Source: Candidatus Delongbacteria bacterium
GTDB taxonomy: Bacteria > CAIWAD01
Assembly (NCBI GenBank): GCA_963663545.1
Contig: OY760505.1
Span: 2,144,001-2,208,000, forward strand
Reading direction: 5' to 3'
Length of the DNA: 64,000 nt
The position numbers and the translations under genes are program-made. Positions 19,693-30,209 of the stretch are shown here, in pieces. Each line of letters begins with the position of its first letter. Positions within the stretch are counted from its first letter, which is position 1. The notes under the pieces were generated by a model. The model saw only the letters and a list, made by a program, of their open reading frames with translations, did not search any database and had not been told where the DNA came from.

Positions 19693-20742
19693 ATGAGTCG
19701 TCGACTTGTCCAGCTAGGCCTGGCCCTGTGCGTATTGGCCGGAGCAGCTTCTGCCCAAACCACTTCCTTGACCGAGGGGTTCTCCCTGCAGCTTAACGGT
19801 GGCTTGCAGCAAATGGGAGGACTGGATGATCTCAAAAACCAGATCAGCGGCATGAACCACTACTTCGGTGAGTACGGAGAGTTTGTTTCTGACGCACAGC
19901 GTGGCGTCGACACCGGCGAATGGGCGCCTTACCTGAAGATTGCCAACCCCAGTAGTTGGGATCACATAGGAGTGCACTTGCGCAAGGATCTGATGCGCTG
20001 GGAGCATTCTGCCTTGACGGTTGGCACGCGTTATCTCGGTGGATCGACTCACGAGTCGAGCTTGTTCCATTACACCGTGCCAAACCAGACGAGCATGGAA
20101 GGCAAAATCTGGGGCGAGGAGTACATCTCGGCCAGTAGCTACATGCTTACATGCGGGTACAAACTGCGCGACCGTGTCTTGCCGCTTTGGCTGAAAGCTG
20201 AACTTGGTCTGGGTATGGCTACTCTGGAAACGCAAGGCCGCTACACCTTCTCGGCGACCAATTTCACGGTTGATCAAGAAGACCCGGCATATGGCGAGAT
20301 TGGCATTGTGCAGGACCTTGTCGCCGATTACGACGGTGATACATTCTGTGCGGACATCTGCATTGGCTTCGAGTACACGATTGGCCGTCTTGGCATTCAG
20401 CTTGATGCCGGTTACAGCTACATGAACTTTGGCGAGCTGACGGATGGTAACACCACTTATCGTGCAATCGGCCAGGATGGCCAGGTTGTCGAGTATCAGC
20501 TGATCAATGTGCCTGACGGACGTTACGAATTTGTGCCCGCCATTCGTGCTGCTTTGACCCACATGGTTGATCTGCAGCTTAACAACGGTGAGCCCTTGAT
20601 TGGATATCCCGAAGGTCTCGGTGCGGGAGTCATTGACGTAGACTACTACACCAGTCAGCGCTTGGATATCCCGGCTCCGCAGCTGATTGAGTACGACTTG
20701 TCCGGGCCCTATGCTCGTTTTGGAATTTCGGTTTACTTCTAA
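19693..20742 (+). CDS. Outer-membrane beta-barrel protein, function unknown
   Basis: GGAGG RBS, signal peptide, and C-terminal SGPYARFGISVYF barrel signature. Confidence 0.75.
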   Translation: MSRRLVQLGLALCVLAGAASAQTTSLTEGFSLQLNGGLQQMGGLDDLKNQISGMNHYFGEYGEFVSDAQRGVDTGEWAPYLKIANPSSWDHIGVHLRKDLMRWEHSALTVGTRYLGGSTHESSLFHYTVPNQTSMEGKIWGEEYISASSYMLTCGYKLRDRVLPLWLKAELGLGMATLETQGRYTFSATNFTVDQEDPAYGEIGIVQDLVADYDGDTFCADICIGFEYTIGRLGIQLDAGYSYMNFGELTDGNTTYRAIGQDGQVVEYQLINVPDGRYEFVPAIRAALTHMVDLQLNNGEPLIGYPEGLGAGVIDVDYYTSQRLDIPAPQLIEYDLSGPYARFGISVYF

Positions 20743-20805
20743 GAGCCGACGTTGTGATACACTCAGGGGCCCGCGCGGCCCCTTTTCTATTGGTGGAGAT
20801 GAAAG

Positions 20806-23604
20806 ATGCGCAAGCTCTTCCTCATAGATCTGATGTCGCTGTTTTTCAAATCGCACATGGCGATGGAGCGTCACCATTTAACCAACGGTGACGGCATGAT
20901 CGTCAGCGGAATCAGCGGCGTGATACGTACTCTGCTTTCCATTCAGCGCCAGGAAGAACCCGATGCTATTGTGGTTTGCAGTGATACAAGCGGAAAGACC
21001 TTCCGACATCGGCTCTACGACAAGTACAAGGCCAACCGTCCTCCCATGGCCGACGAAATGGCTGCGCAACTTCCGCATCTCTTTCAACTGCTCGATAGCG
21101 CAGGCATGCCGGTGCAGACCTGCAGTGGCTACGAGGCAGACGATTTGCTGGCTACGTTGGCTGTTCGCGGCAGGGATGCTGGCTGGCAGGTGTTCATTGT
21201 CTCGGCGGACAAGGATCTGATGCAGCTTGTTGATGAGCGCACCTTTCTTTACACGACAAAGAAGGGGGGCGAAGTAGAATTGGTTGGTGCTGACGCCGTG
21301 CGGGCAAAATTCGGCGTATCACCCAATCAGATCGGCGATTTGCTGGCCCTGATGGGGGACGCCTCGGACAATGTCCCGGGCGTGCCCAAGGTGGGAGTGA
21401 AGACTGCCGGCAAACTGATTGCCGATTACGGTTCGCTTGATGGCATCTACGAGCATTTGGATGACCTTGGCGGAAAGGCTGTTGGCAAGGCGCTCGCGGA
21501 AAACCGGGAGCTGGCGCGTCTATCGCGTCAACTCGTGGAGCTGGATACCAACGCTCCCTGTCCCGTTGACCTGGAGCAGCTTCCCACAGTAGACTGGTCG
21601 AGGCCTGAGCTGGTGGAACGCATGATGGGGCTGGGCTTTCGAGGCCTCATTCAACAGGCTGGCAAGATGACGGCACAGGGCGCGCCGGGAGAGATTTCGT
21701 CCAAAGCGTCCAAGCAGCAAGTTGAGCGAGTGTATCACATCATCCGTGATCGCGAAGCGTTTTGTGCCTTTTGGGATGACATGTTGCGTGATACAAACCC
21801 GGATGGTGATACACGAGCGGCTTGCGCCTTCGATCTCGAGACGACAGGGCTGGATGCGCACAATTGTACAATTGTCGGTTTCAGTTTCAGTTGGAAGCCC
21901 GGAGTCGCGTACTACATTCCATCCCGCTTTCCCACCGGCGAGGAGCGAGAACACAGTGCCGAAGCAGAGTTGCCACTCTTCGAAATGAAGGAGGAGTTCG
22001 TTCCTGCTGATCTCGAGTGGCTGCTTGAGCGGCTTCGCGGTTGGTACGAGGACGAGCGCCGCGCGAAGTTGGGACAGAACTGCAAGTACGACATCAACGT
22101 GCTCGCGCAGTATGGAGTTCATGTCCAGGGCGTCATCTTTGATACCATGTTGGCGAGTTACGTGTTACAGCCCGAAGGACGCCAGCACAATCTTGACGCA
22201 CTAAGCCTGCGCTATCTTGGGGAGACGAAGATCCCGACCCATGATCTCATCGGCAAGGGCGCCCGCGCTATCAGCATGGCCGACGTACCGCTGGATCGCA
22301 TCGGCGAGTACGCCTGTGAAGACGCCGATTGTGTGTTACGGCTGTGGCCGCTCTTGGATGAGGAGTTGAAGAAGGCTGGCTTGGAAAGCCTCTTCCGCGA
22401 GATTGACGTGCCGGTAATGCGGGTCCTCTGCGAGATGGAGCAGGCCGGAGTTAAGATTGACATTGAGCCGTTGAGGGCGCTCGGTGAGGAGCTTCATCAG
22501 CAAATGGCTGTGCTGGAGCGCGAAGTCTACGAGCTTGCTGGCGAGGAGTTTAACCTGAATTCGCCACGGCAGCTATCGGGCATTCTTTTCGACAAGCTCG
22601 GTCTGAAGCCTGGCAAGAAGACGACCACCGGTTACTCGACGGATGTGCGTGAACTCGAACGCCTTGCCGATGAGCACCCGCTTCCTGGAAGACTGCTTGA
22701 GTTCCGGCAACTCGCCAAACTGCTTGGCACTTATGTTGAAGCGCTTCCACGTATGGTCAACGAGCGCACAGGGCGTATTCACACTAGTTTCAACCAGACC
22801 ATAGCCGCAACCGGGCGCCTGTCCAGCACCGATCCCAACCTGCAAAACATCCCTGTTCGCAGCGAATGGGGACGACGTATTCGCGATGCGTTTGTAGCAC
22901 GCGACGCGGACCATGTTTTGATTGACGCGGATTACTCACAAATCGAGTTGCGGCTATTAGCGCACATTTCCGGCGACCCTGAACTGACGCGCTCCTTTCG
23001 TGCGGGCGAGGATGTCCACGCGCGGACGGCGGCCGCAATTTTCGGTGTATCACCGGCGGATGTGGATGCGGCGATGCGCGCCCAGGCGAAGGTGGTCAAC
23101 TTCGGCGTGATCTATGGAATGAGCGCCTTTGCACTTGCCGGCAATCTTGGAATACCGGTGGGTGAGGCAAAGCGCTTCATCGACGAGTATTTCACGCTTT
23201 ATGCCGGTGTGCGCGCTTATGTTGAGAGCACGCTGGAACAAGCACGCGCGCAGGGGTGGGTGGCCAACATTTTCGGACGCCGGCGCTACCTGCCTGAGAT
23301 TCAAGCCGCTAACCGACAGCTTCGCGAAAACACGGAGCGCATTGCTGTCAACACACCCATTCAGGGGAGTGCGGCAGATCTGATCAAGCTGGCGATGATT
23401 CGTGTATCACAGAGAATACCTGATGAAATGCCATCTTTGCGCATGATTTCACAGGTTCACGACGAGCTCTTACTCGAGGCCCCACGCAACAAGGCCGAAG
23501 GCTACGCGCGCATCATTCAACATGAAATGGAGCATGCGCACGAGCTGAGTATTCCGCTTGTTGCCGACCCTGGGATTGGAGACAGTTGGCTGCAGGCCAA
23601 ATAG
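20806..23604 (+). CDS. polA: DNA polymerase I
   Basis: 5'-3' exonuclease (EADD, GDASDNVPGV), 3'-5' exonuclease (FDLETTG) and polymerase motifs (TGRLSS, DYSQIELR, QVHDELL). Confidence 0.98.
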   Translation: MRKLFLIDLMSLFFKSHMAMERHHLTNGDGMIVSGISGVIRTLLSIQRQEEPDAIVVCSDTSGKTFRHRLYDKYKANRPPMADEMAAQLPHLFQLLDSAGMPVQTCSGYEADDLLATLAVRGRDAGWQVFIVSADKDLMQLVDERTFLYTTKKGGEVELVGADAVRAKFGVSPNQIGDLLALMGDASDNVPGVPKVGVKTAGKLIADYGSLDGIYEHLDDLGGKAVGKALAENRELARLSRQLVELDTNAPCPVDLEQLPTVDWSRPELVERMMGLGFRGLIQQAGKMTAQGAPGEISSKASKQQVERVYHIIRDREAFCAFWDDMLRDTNPDGDTRAACAFDLETTGLDAHNCTIVGFSFSWKPGVAYYIPSRFPTGEEREHSAEAELPLFEMKEEFVPADLEWLLERLRGWYEDERRAKLGQNCKYDINVLAQYGVHVQGVIFDTMLASYVLQPEGRQHNLDALSLRYLGETKIPTHDLIGKGARAISMADVPLDRIGEYACEDADCVLRLWPLLDEELKKAGLESLFREIDVPVMRVLCEMEQAGVKIDIEPLRALGEELHQQMAVLEREVYELAGEEFNLNSPRQLSGILFDKLGLKPGKKTTTGYSTDVRELERLADEHPLPGRLLEFRQLAKLLGTYVEALPRMVNERTGRIHTSFNQTIAATGRLSSTDPNLQNIPVRSEWGRRIRDAFVARDADHVLIDADYSQIELRLLAHISGDPELTRSFRAGEDVHARTAAAIFGVSPADVDAAMRAQAKVVNFGVIYGMSAFALAGNLGIPVGEAKRFIDEYFTLYAGVRAYVESTLEQARAQGWVANIFGRRRYLPEIQAANRQLRENTERIAVNTPIQGSAADLIKLAMIRVSQRIPDEMPSLRMISQVHDELLLEAPRNKAEGYARIIQHEMEHAHELSIPLVADPGIGDSWLQAK

Positions 23605-23616
23605 GAGAGTGGGAAG

Positions 23617-24189
23617 ATGAGTCGAATTCCTTTCGTGTTATTCGTATTGATCATGGTCTCCGGAGTTCTGGCTGATGATCTGTCGTCCACGCCGCCACGG
23701 ACAGGTGTTGCACCCCGTGTCAACCCCTACACGTGGTCCCTTGGCTTGCAGGCTTCCATGATGACCTCGTATGGAATCTGCATTGAGCGGAGATTTGGCG
23801 AACGCGTCGGCCTCCGAATCGGAGGCTTGGGCTATTTGGATTCCGAGGACGGAAACAAGCGCTATTTGTTGACGGGCCTGTTGGAGGGTCGCTATCTGCT
23901 GAAGCGCATTAGTCTGGTGGACATGAATGTCTTTGCCGGTGTAGGTCGCGTGATTGATATGGACAAAGAGGAGTATTCCGATTACAACGGCGGCGAAGAC
24001 TATCACATGGAAGGCACCAACCGCGTTGGGTTTGGAATAAGTATATGTTTTCTTGGAATTAATAATCTGGATTTTGAGATGCAGCTTGGCCAGTACTATC
24101 GCGAAACGCACAATGTCCAGGGTCTGGATAGCTCGCACTCGTATCGCTTCGGTACAGGAGTTGGTGCTTGCTTGTCCTATAGATTCTAG
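23617..24189 (+). CDS. Small outer-membrane beta-barrel/secreted hypothetical protein
   Basis: Signal peptide, beta strands and terminal YRF. Confidence 0.65.
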   Translation: MSRIPFVLFVLIMVSGVLADDLSSTPPRTGVAPRVNPYTWSLGLQASMMTSYGICIERRFGERVGLRIGGLGYLDSEDGNKRYLLTGLLEGRYLLKRISLVDMNVFAGVGRVIDMDKEEYSDYNGGEDYHMEGTNRVGFGISICFLGINNLDFEMQLGQYYRETHNVQGLDSSHSYRFGTGVGACLSYRF

Positions 24190-24220
24190 GACCATTGCGC
24201 TTCGGTGGTTGGTGGGATGA

Positions 24221-24280
24221 GGAATTTTTGCGCATTTAGCGCAAAAATTCCTTGACTCGTGTAGCGAGCTCTGATATTTT
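24221..24280 (+). promoter_or_regulatory. Palindrome (candidate operator) plus sigma-70-type promoter
   Basis: GGAATTTTTGCGC-ATTTA-GCGCAAAAATTCC directly followed by TTGACT-N17-TATTTT, 9 nt before the ATG at 24290. Confidence 0.65.
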
Positions 24281-24289
24281 GCCGTCTAC

Positions 24290-25807
24290 ATGGAGGCAAC
24301 ATCCCTCATTCAAACGGCCCTACCGCAGGTGTTCCGTTCTTTTGGTCCCGCCAGTCCGGTGGATGCACTGGAGCCGGTGAAGGCGGATAGCCAGTGGGTC
24401 GATTCAGTGGCCCACATTAGTCAGTTTGCCAACCGCAGCATTCCCCAAGCCCGCCAACAGTTTGAGCTCATGCTACGCACCGAGCAGCGCGGTTCTCACA
24501 GGGCCGTGCTCTTTGCTGGCATTGCTCGCTGCCTGAACAGCCAGATGATGCTGACACGCGGCGCCGAGCTGCTGGGGTATGCGTGGAGTCTGCTGGATCA
24601 GGAGGAGCCGGACTGTGCTGCATTTGTGCAATTGGAGATGGTGCGCTTTCTGGTGATCATCGGCAACTCGGACGCTGCACGGTTGATGTTAGAGCACATC
24701 ATGCGTATCACGCGCAGCGAGTACTTGTTGCGCATGGCCGAGTATTATCGCCTGGCCGATGCTGCAGGACAGGGGCGGGATGTGATACCCGCACTACAGG
24801 ATTCCGCCGATTGGTTCCAGGAACGCGGACAGCTTAGCGCCACCGTGTCGCACTTACGCATGATCGCTGCATTGAAGCGTTTCGCCGGGAACGATGACGA
24901 GGCACGTGATACACTGAATCGAGCCATGCTGAGCAGCAAAGGCGATGATCTTCGCTTCTGCAGGGCGCTGGTGCATAATGATCTGGGGCAGTTGGCTTTC
25001 CAGTCAGGCGATCGCGATGGAGCCTTCAAGCATTTGAATGCGGCGCTGGATCTGGCGGAGTTTCCCTATTCCCGCATCGATACGCTTGATCTGATGGGCC
25101 GCTTTCTACGCGACAGTGGCGAACATGATCAGGCGATCGAGCGCCTGACCGAGGCTCTGGATATTGCCGAGGAGCAGGGCACGATGATTATTCTGCCCGC
25201 TCTGAACCTATACTTGGGCGAGTGTCACGAAGCGCTACATGCGCCTTCTGTGTCACGATACTTCTATCGTCGCGCGTCTCAGAGTGCGATGGAGCTGCTT
25301 GAGCATGGCTTTCCCGCCACGGCAACACGACTCAAGGCCATTCGCGAATACAACCGGATCTGCGCGGTGACGGCGCAAGAGGACGCCCCACAATCCAGTC
25401 ATCAGGATTGGTCTTTTGCGCTGTCACACACGCTGCGGGACATTCGGACCCTGTTCCAGCAGGCGCTGCTCGCCGCTGCACGGCAACGGGCAGGTAGCCT
25501 GCGGGACGCTTCACAGGAACTGGGAATTGCGGAGCGAACGGCAAACAATGTGATACGTCGATACCGCGAGCTGGGCTCACCGGATCCGGAGCCGGTGATC
25601 GTTGAGTTCGTTCAAGAAGTTCTGAAGCTGAATTGGAAAGAATCCAATCAACGATTTGATGACGCAGTGCTGCTGCGTCTTGCAGAGTATCACGACAACA
25701 ACAGGCGGAAGATGTGTGAACAGCTCGGAGTCAGCTATCAGCACCTGTCTGCCATGTTCTGTGATACACGCAAGCGTTTGGAGTGTTGCGGAAAGGAGGC
25801 CCCATGA
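24290..25807 (+). CDS. TPR-repeat protein with two C-terminal Fis-type HTH domains (putative regulator)
   Basis: TPR-like helices (ALVHNDLGQLAF, AIERLTEALDIA), then GSLRDASQELGIAERT and NNRRKMCEQLGVSYQHL. Confidence 0.7.
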   Translation: MEATSLIQTALPQVFRSFGPASPVDALEPVKADSQWVDSVAHISQFANRSIPQARQQFELMLRTEQRGSHRAVLFAGIARCLNSQMMLTRGAELLGYAWSLLDQEEPDCAAFVQLEMVRFLVIIGNSDAARLMLEHIMRITRSEYLLRMAEYYRLADAAGQGRDVIPALQDSADWFQERGQLSATVSHLRMIAALKRFAGNDDEARDTLNRAMLSSKGDDLRFCRALVHNDLGQLAFQSGDRDGAFKHLNAALDLAEFPYSRIDTLDLMGRFLRDSGEHDQAIERLTEALDIAEEQGTMIILPALNLYLGECHEALHAPSVSRYFYRRASQSAMELLEHGFPATATRLKAIREYNRICAVTAQEDAPQSSHQDWSFALSHTLRDIRTLFQQALLAAARQRAGSLRDASQELGIAERTANNVIRRYRELGSPDPEPVIVEFVQEVLKLNWKESNQRFDDAVLLRLAEYHDNNRRKMCEQLGVSYQHLSAMFCDTRKRLECCGKEAP

Positions 25808-28800
25808 TGTCCGCACGGAATTCGTTCATGACACTTCTGTGCTCGATGCTGCTGGCCAATACGCTGCCGGCCGCCTCGTTCAGCGGAAGTGTAATGGACG
25901 CGCTGGACGGCACGCTACTCCCCGGCACGGAAGTAGAGCTGTCTGGCGTCAACGGCACTTCATGGACGGCGATGACGGGCGAGGAAGGCGACTTCGTTAT
26001 TGAGGCTCCAGCGGGTCGCTACGACCTGCACGTGATGCATCCCGAGTATCACCCCATCGACCATCCCATGCAGCTGCCGGAAGCGGGTTTGATTCGTGAA
26101 CTCGCGCTGATGCCGCTCGATGTGGAGCATGCGCTAATGACCGGGTACATCACCGACGCCGAAACCGGAGAGGCTGTGGCCGGTGCCACAGTGGTTACGG
26201 CGGAAGGGCTGATGGCACATAGCAATCAGGAAGGCCTGTACAGGCTGGGCGGTCTTGTTCCCACGATCTTGGAGTTTCAGGTGGTGCATCCGCTCTACCA
26301 ACTCTACGAACAGACTACTTTCCTGGAAGCGGGTGAAAACCAGTTCGACATTCAATTGACCCCCGGCGAGATCGATCCCGGCACGGCCTGGCTGCTGGGC
26401 AATGTCGTCGGTATCGATTGGCAGATTCCCATTGAGGGCGCACGTGTTGCGCTAGACGGTGATACACTGGCAATAACAGGCCCAAGTGGTGAATACTCCA
26501 TTTTCCAGCTTGAGCCCGGTTCCTATGAATTGTCTGTCTGCGCAGAGGGCTTCGAGCCCTTCGTATCACCGCTGAGTATCGAGGCGGGTGCAAATCACCG
26601 ACGCGTTGTGCTGGAGCCACTGGGCGGCATCGAGACCGCTACGCTGACCGGCGTAGTTGTAGATGAAAACGGCGCAGGAATCGTTGGTGTCGATCTGCAT
26701 GTGACGAATCACGGCGCTGGAGCTGTGGCGGAATGCGTCTCAACCGAAGACGGCGCTTTCTCTTTCGATGCGCTCTTTGCGGGCGAATGGATGCTTACAG
26801 CTCACGCCGATGGCTATCTGCCGTATCACGACACAGTGGAGCTGTCTGCAGGTGACAATGAGCTCGCTATTACCATGACCACGGAGCTCAACGAGGAAAG
26901 CGCAGGCATCGAAGGCTATGTGCTTTCGGCGAGCACGGGAGATCCGGTTTCCCACGCCAACATTGTGATTCACCAGGAAAACGTGGCCACTATTGTCGTT
27001 GTAAACGGACAGGGGCACTTCCATTCTCAGCTTCTGTCGCCTGGCACTGCAAGTGCCACCGTGACACATGAAGGCTTTGCTACGCTTGTTGAAGAGATTG
27101 AGCTCTTCGAGAATGAAGTGCTGGCACACGATTTCATCCTAGTACCCGATGAGGAGCCGCAGACCGCTAACCTGAGCGGTGTGGTCACTGACGAGGCAAC
27201 AGCTGAGCCATTGGCCGGTGTCACCGTTTCTCTGACCAGTATGATCTACGACTGTGGTGCAAGTGCTACCACCACCGAGGATGGCTCGTACCTGATTGAA
27301 GAGTTCTGCAACGGGCCTGCAACCATCACTGTTCAGGTCGAAGGCTATCTGCCTTACTCCACACGCATCCACATGACACAGGGCGACAATGTTCATGATG
27401 TCACACTGGTGCCCTTTGAGCAGGAAACAGCTAGCCTGAGCGGTCGTGTTACAGAGTACGAAAGCGGAGAAGGCGTCTCCAACGCGCACGTTCGCGTGGT
27501 CAGTCAGACGGTCTGGTTGTTTGCCGAGACCTACACAGACGAAGATGGCTACTATGCTGTTGATGACTATGTGTCGGGTCCAAGCAATTTCATCGTGATC
27601 GTTGATGATTTCCCGGCGTATCACGAGACCATCGATCTGGATCCTGGTGTAAACGCGTACAACTGTGTACTTGGTGATCCGGGAACCGGAGCGGCCAGCC
27701 TGAGTGGCTACGTTACTGAAGTAACAAGCGGTGAACCCATTCCGGACGTCGAGATTGTTTCCGAGGATTATCAGTTCGCCATTTCCGATCTCGAGGGCCA
27801 GTATCTGTTCCCGGAATTGGAGCCGGGTGAGACAAGCTTCTGGGTTCATCATCCCTTCTATGGCGATTGCTTCTCTTTCACCTTGAACCTTGAGCCTGGT
27901 GAAAATGTGCACGATATCGAGCTGCGTCTGCATGGAACAGGCAGTGAGCCCGCGTCTCTGTTGATTACCACCTACAACGGACTCTCCGGTGAGACACTGG
28001 ATGCCGTCGAGGTGTATGCCAACGGTACACAGATCGGTGTTACAAATGATGCCGGGCAATTGGATCTGGCAAACATCAGCTCCGGCCACCTGGTACTGAT
28101 GGCCCTGCGTGAGGGATTCAGCATGGCGCACGACAACGTCTGGCTCACTCCGGGTGAGAACGTGGTCGACCTCAATCTCTTTCCTGAAATCGAAGAGCCT
28201 CACGAAGTACTCGTCCATGGCCGCGTTGTTGATGCTGTGACACGTCTTCCCATTGCAGGTGCAGAAGTGGAAGTGACACTGCCCGATAGCCAAGATGCCT
28301 TTGTGGCCGTATCCGATGCGTCCGGTTTGTACGACTTGCCCTTGCCGCTGGTGGAGACGCCTTACATCAACGTCTACTGCCAGGTAGAGGGCTACGAAGC
28401 GCGCGAGTACGAGATTTTCGTGCAGTACCGTGATGTCGTTGAGCTGAACGTGATCCTGTTGCCCGAGAATTCCAACATGGGCATGATTCGTGGTCGTGTT
28501 ACATACGATGGCGGCCATCCGGCTCCCGCAGTGGTCTGGGCTATCAGCGCCGATTCCTATGACTACATGGAGCCTGTTGAAGCGTCCGGATCCTATACGC
28601 TGATGCTGCCTCCCGGAGAGTATTACATCGCCTGCTCGCTGATTGGAGCAGAGGGTGAGCAGATCTACACCGAGTTCTACGATGATGTGATGTTCCTGGA
28701 CGATGCCGAAAGCCTTAGTGTGGAGGCTGGCAGTGTGCTTCCCGGTATCAATTTCGGTCTGCCCTTGATGGAGACCATCAATATTCATCTGACCGGCCAG

Positions 28801-29946
28801 GTGACGGACGAGACGGGCACACCGCTGACGGACGCCCTCGTGCGCTTCTGGCGCGACGACGTGGAGCTTGAAGAGTACGCAACCCCCACCGACCAGTTCG
28901 GCAACTACGATGTCATCATTGTGATGGATCGCCTGCCCATCGTTCCCTTCAGTTTCTCTGCGCAGTACGACGGCTATCTGATGGAGTTCTTCAGCGACGC
29001 CGATTCTTTTGTGGACGCGACGCACTTCCTATTGCAGGATGATGTGGAAATCGAGAACGCCGATTTCTCGCTGATGCAGGAAAGTGAGGCGACCGATGTG
29101 TACACGGGCCGCATTCTCAATCCCGCCGGAGACGGCTTGGGTAGTGGCATGGTTGCCGCTTTCAATCCCGATGGCGGTGTGATGGCAGCGGTTCCCACGA
29201 GCGCCGATGGAAGCTTCAGCATGCGCGGCCTAAACGATGAGCCGGTAGTGCTGATGTATTACGCGCCGGGTCATGCACCGCAGTTCTCCGGTGGAAGTCT
29301 GGATCTGGACAACGCGACTATTGCACAACCGGGCTATGACGGTAGTGAAAATGCCACGCTCGTTACAACAGCCGACCCCAATGGTGTCAACCAGCTGACC
29401 GGTGTGATACGCGACGTCGATGGCCGTCCGCTAAGTGGAGCCTTGGTCATCGTGCAGAATGTGGACACGGGCGAGCTGCGTTCCATCTTTACCAACTCCG
29501 CCGGTCGCTACGCCATCAATGGGCTGGCAACGGGTTCCACCTACTGTGCCTACATCAGTCATCAGGGTTATTACAGCTTGCAGGTGACCTTTGCGACAGA
29601 TTCTGCCGAGGATCTGGTAAACGTTGTGGATGCCGGACTTGTATCACGCACAAGTACGGATGTCGGCGAAAACGTTCTGCCGGAAACACTACGCTTGCTG
29701 CCGAATTACCCGAACCCCTTCAATCCCACGACGACCATTCCTTACGTGCTGCCGGCGGCATCGCGTGTAACATTGGGCGTCTACAACCTGCAGGGTGAGC
29801 TCGTGCTACAACTGGTGGACGGTGTTCAGCCAGCAGGTGAGTTTGCGCAGACTTTCTATGCGGGCAACCTGGCATCAGGCGTGTACTTCGTGCGTCTCGC
29901 GAGCGATGCTGGCGTGCAGACGCGCAAGCTGATGTTGATCAAGTGA
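25804..29946 (+). CDS. Large secreted CarboxypepD_reg-like repeat protein with T9SS/FlgD-type C-terminal domain
   Basis: More than ten ~85-aa repeats (LSGxVTDxxTGEPxxGxxV...TxxxGxY) and a terminal NYPNPFNPTT...LASGVYFVRL...KLMLIK. Confidence 0.88.
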   Translation: MMSARNSFMTLLCSMLLANTLPAASFSGSVMDALDGTLLPGTEVELSGVNGTSWTAMTGEEGDFVIEAPAGRYDLHVMHPEYHPIDHPMQLPEAGLIRELALMPLDVEHALMTGYITDAETGEAVAGATVVTAEGLMAHSNQEGLYRLGGLVPTILEFQVVHPLYQLYEQTTFLEAGENQFDIQLTPGEIDPGTAWLLGNVVGIDWQIPIEGARVALDGDTLAITGPSGEYSIFQLEPGSYELSVCAEGFEPFVSPLSIEAGANHRRVVLEPLGGIETATLTGVVVDENGAGIVGVDLHVTNHGAGAVAECVSTEDGAFSFDALFAGEWMLTAHADGYLPYHDTVELSAGDNELAITMTTELNEESAGIEGYVLSASTGDPVSHANIVIHQENVATIVVVNGQGHFHSQLLSPGTASATVTHEGFATLVEEIELFENEVLAHDFILVPDEEPQTANLSGVVTDEATAEPLAGVTVSLTSMIYDCGASATTTEDGSYLIEEFCNGPATITVQVEGYLPYSTRIHMTQGDNVHDVTLVPFEQETASLSGRVTEYESGEGVSNAHVRVVSQTVWLFAETYTDEDGYYAVDDYVSGPSNFIVIVDDFPAYHETIDLDPGVNAYNCVLGDPGTGAASLSGYVTEVTSGEPIPDVEIVSEDYQFAISDLEGQYLFPELEPGETSFWVHHPFYGDCFSFTLNLEPGENVHDIELRLHGTGSEPASLLITTYNGLSGETLDAVEVYANGTQIGVTNDAGQLDLANISSGHLVLMALREGFSMAHDNVWLTPGENVVDLNLFPEIEEPHEVLVHGRVVDAVTRLPIAGAEVEVTLPDSQDAFVAVSDASGLYDLPLPLVETPYINVYCQVEGYEAREYEIFVQYRDVVELNVILLPENSNMGMIRGRVTYDGGHPAPAVVWAISADSYDYMEPVEASGSYTLMLPPGEYYIACSLIGAEGEQIYTEFYDDVMFLDDAESLSVEAGSVLPGINFGLPLMETINIHLTGQVTDETGTPLTDALVRFWRDDVELEEYATPTDQFGNYDVIIVMDRLPIVPFSFSAQYDGYLMEFFSDADSFVDATHFLLQDDVEIENADFSLMQESEATDVYTGRILNPAGDGLGSGMVAAFNPDGGVMAAVPTSADGSFSMRGLNDEPVVLMYYAPGHAPQFSGGSLDLDNATIAQPGYDGSENATLVTTADPNGVNQLTGVIRDVDGRPLSGALVIVQNVDTGELRSIFTNSAGRYAINGLATGSTYCAYISHQGYYSLQVTFATDSAEDLVNVVDAGLVSRTSTDVGENVLPETLRLLPNYPNPFNPTTTIPYVLPAASRVTLGVYNLQGELVLQLVDGVQPAGEFAQTFYAGNLASGVYFVRLASDAGVQTRKLMLIK

Positions 29947-29991
29947 CCCGTTATCGCCGGTCATAACGTGCCGTAAGACCGGTTTCAACAT

Positions 29992-30021
29992 GAAGAGGGA
30001 CATCCACGGATGTCCCTCTTC
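29992..30021. terminator. Intrinsic terminator hairpin
   Basis: GAAGAGGGACATCC-AC-GGATGTCCCTCTTC. Confidence 0.7.
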
Positions 30022-30130
30022 TGTAGTGTTCCGCTATCATTGTCCTTCGCTCCGTGTGATTCCGCAGACACATGTTAGTCGCTTCGCACACTGTTCTTTT
30101 TCCGATATGCATAAAATCAACGAATTAGCA

Positions 30131-30146
30131 GGGCATAGTTCTTGCA
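30131..30146 (+). promoter_or_regulatory. Sigma-54-type promoter upstream of the C25 cluster
   Basis: GGGCATAGTTCTTGCA gives GG-N10-GC with TTGC, about 65 nt before the ATG. Confidence 0.55.
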
Positions 30147-30209
30147 CATCCTTCACAACCCTTGCCGATACCAACCGCCGCCAGGTGCGGAGAACAGGAG
30201 AAGTAGAGG

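Noticed and set aside
19714..20877. 387-aa - strand ORF
   Set aside because: Antisense to the beta-barrel gene, which has an RBS, a signal peptide and a barrel terminus.
27139..29025. 628-aa - strand ORF
   Set aside because: Codon-mirror antisense of the repeat protein; long open antisense frames are expected in GC-rich genes.
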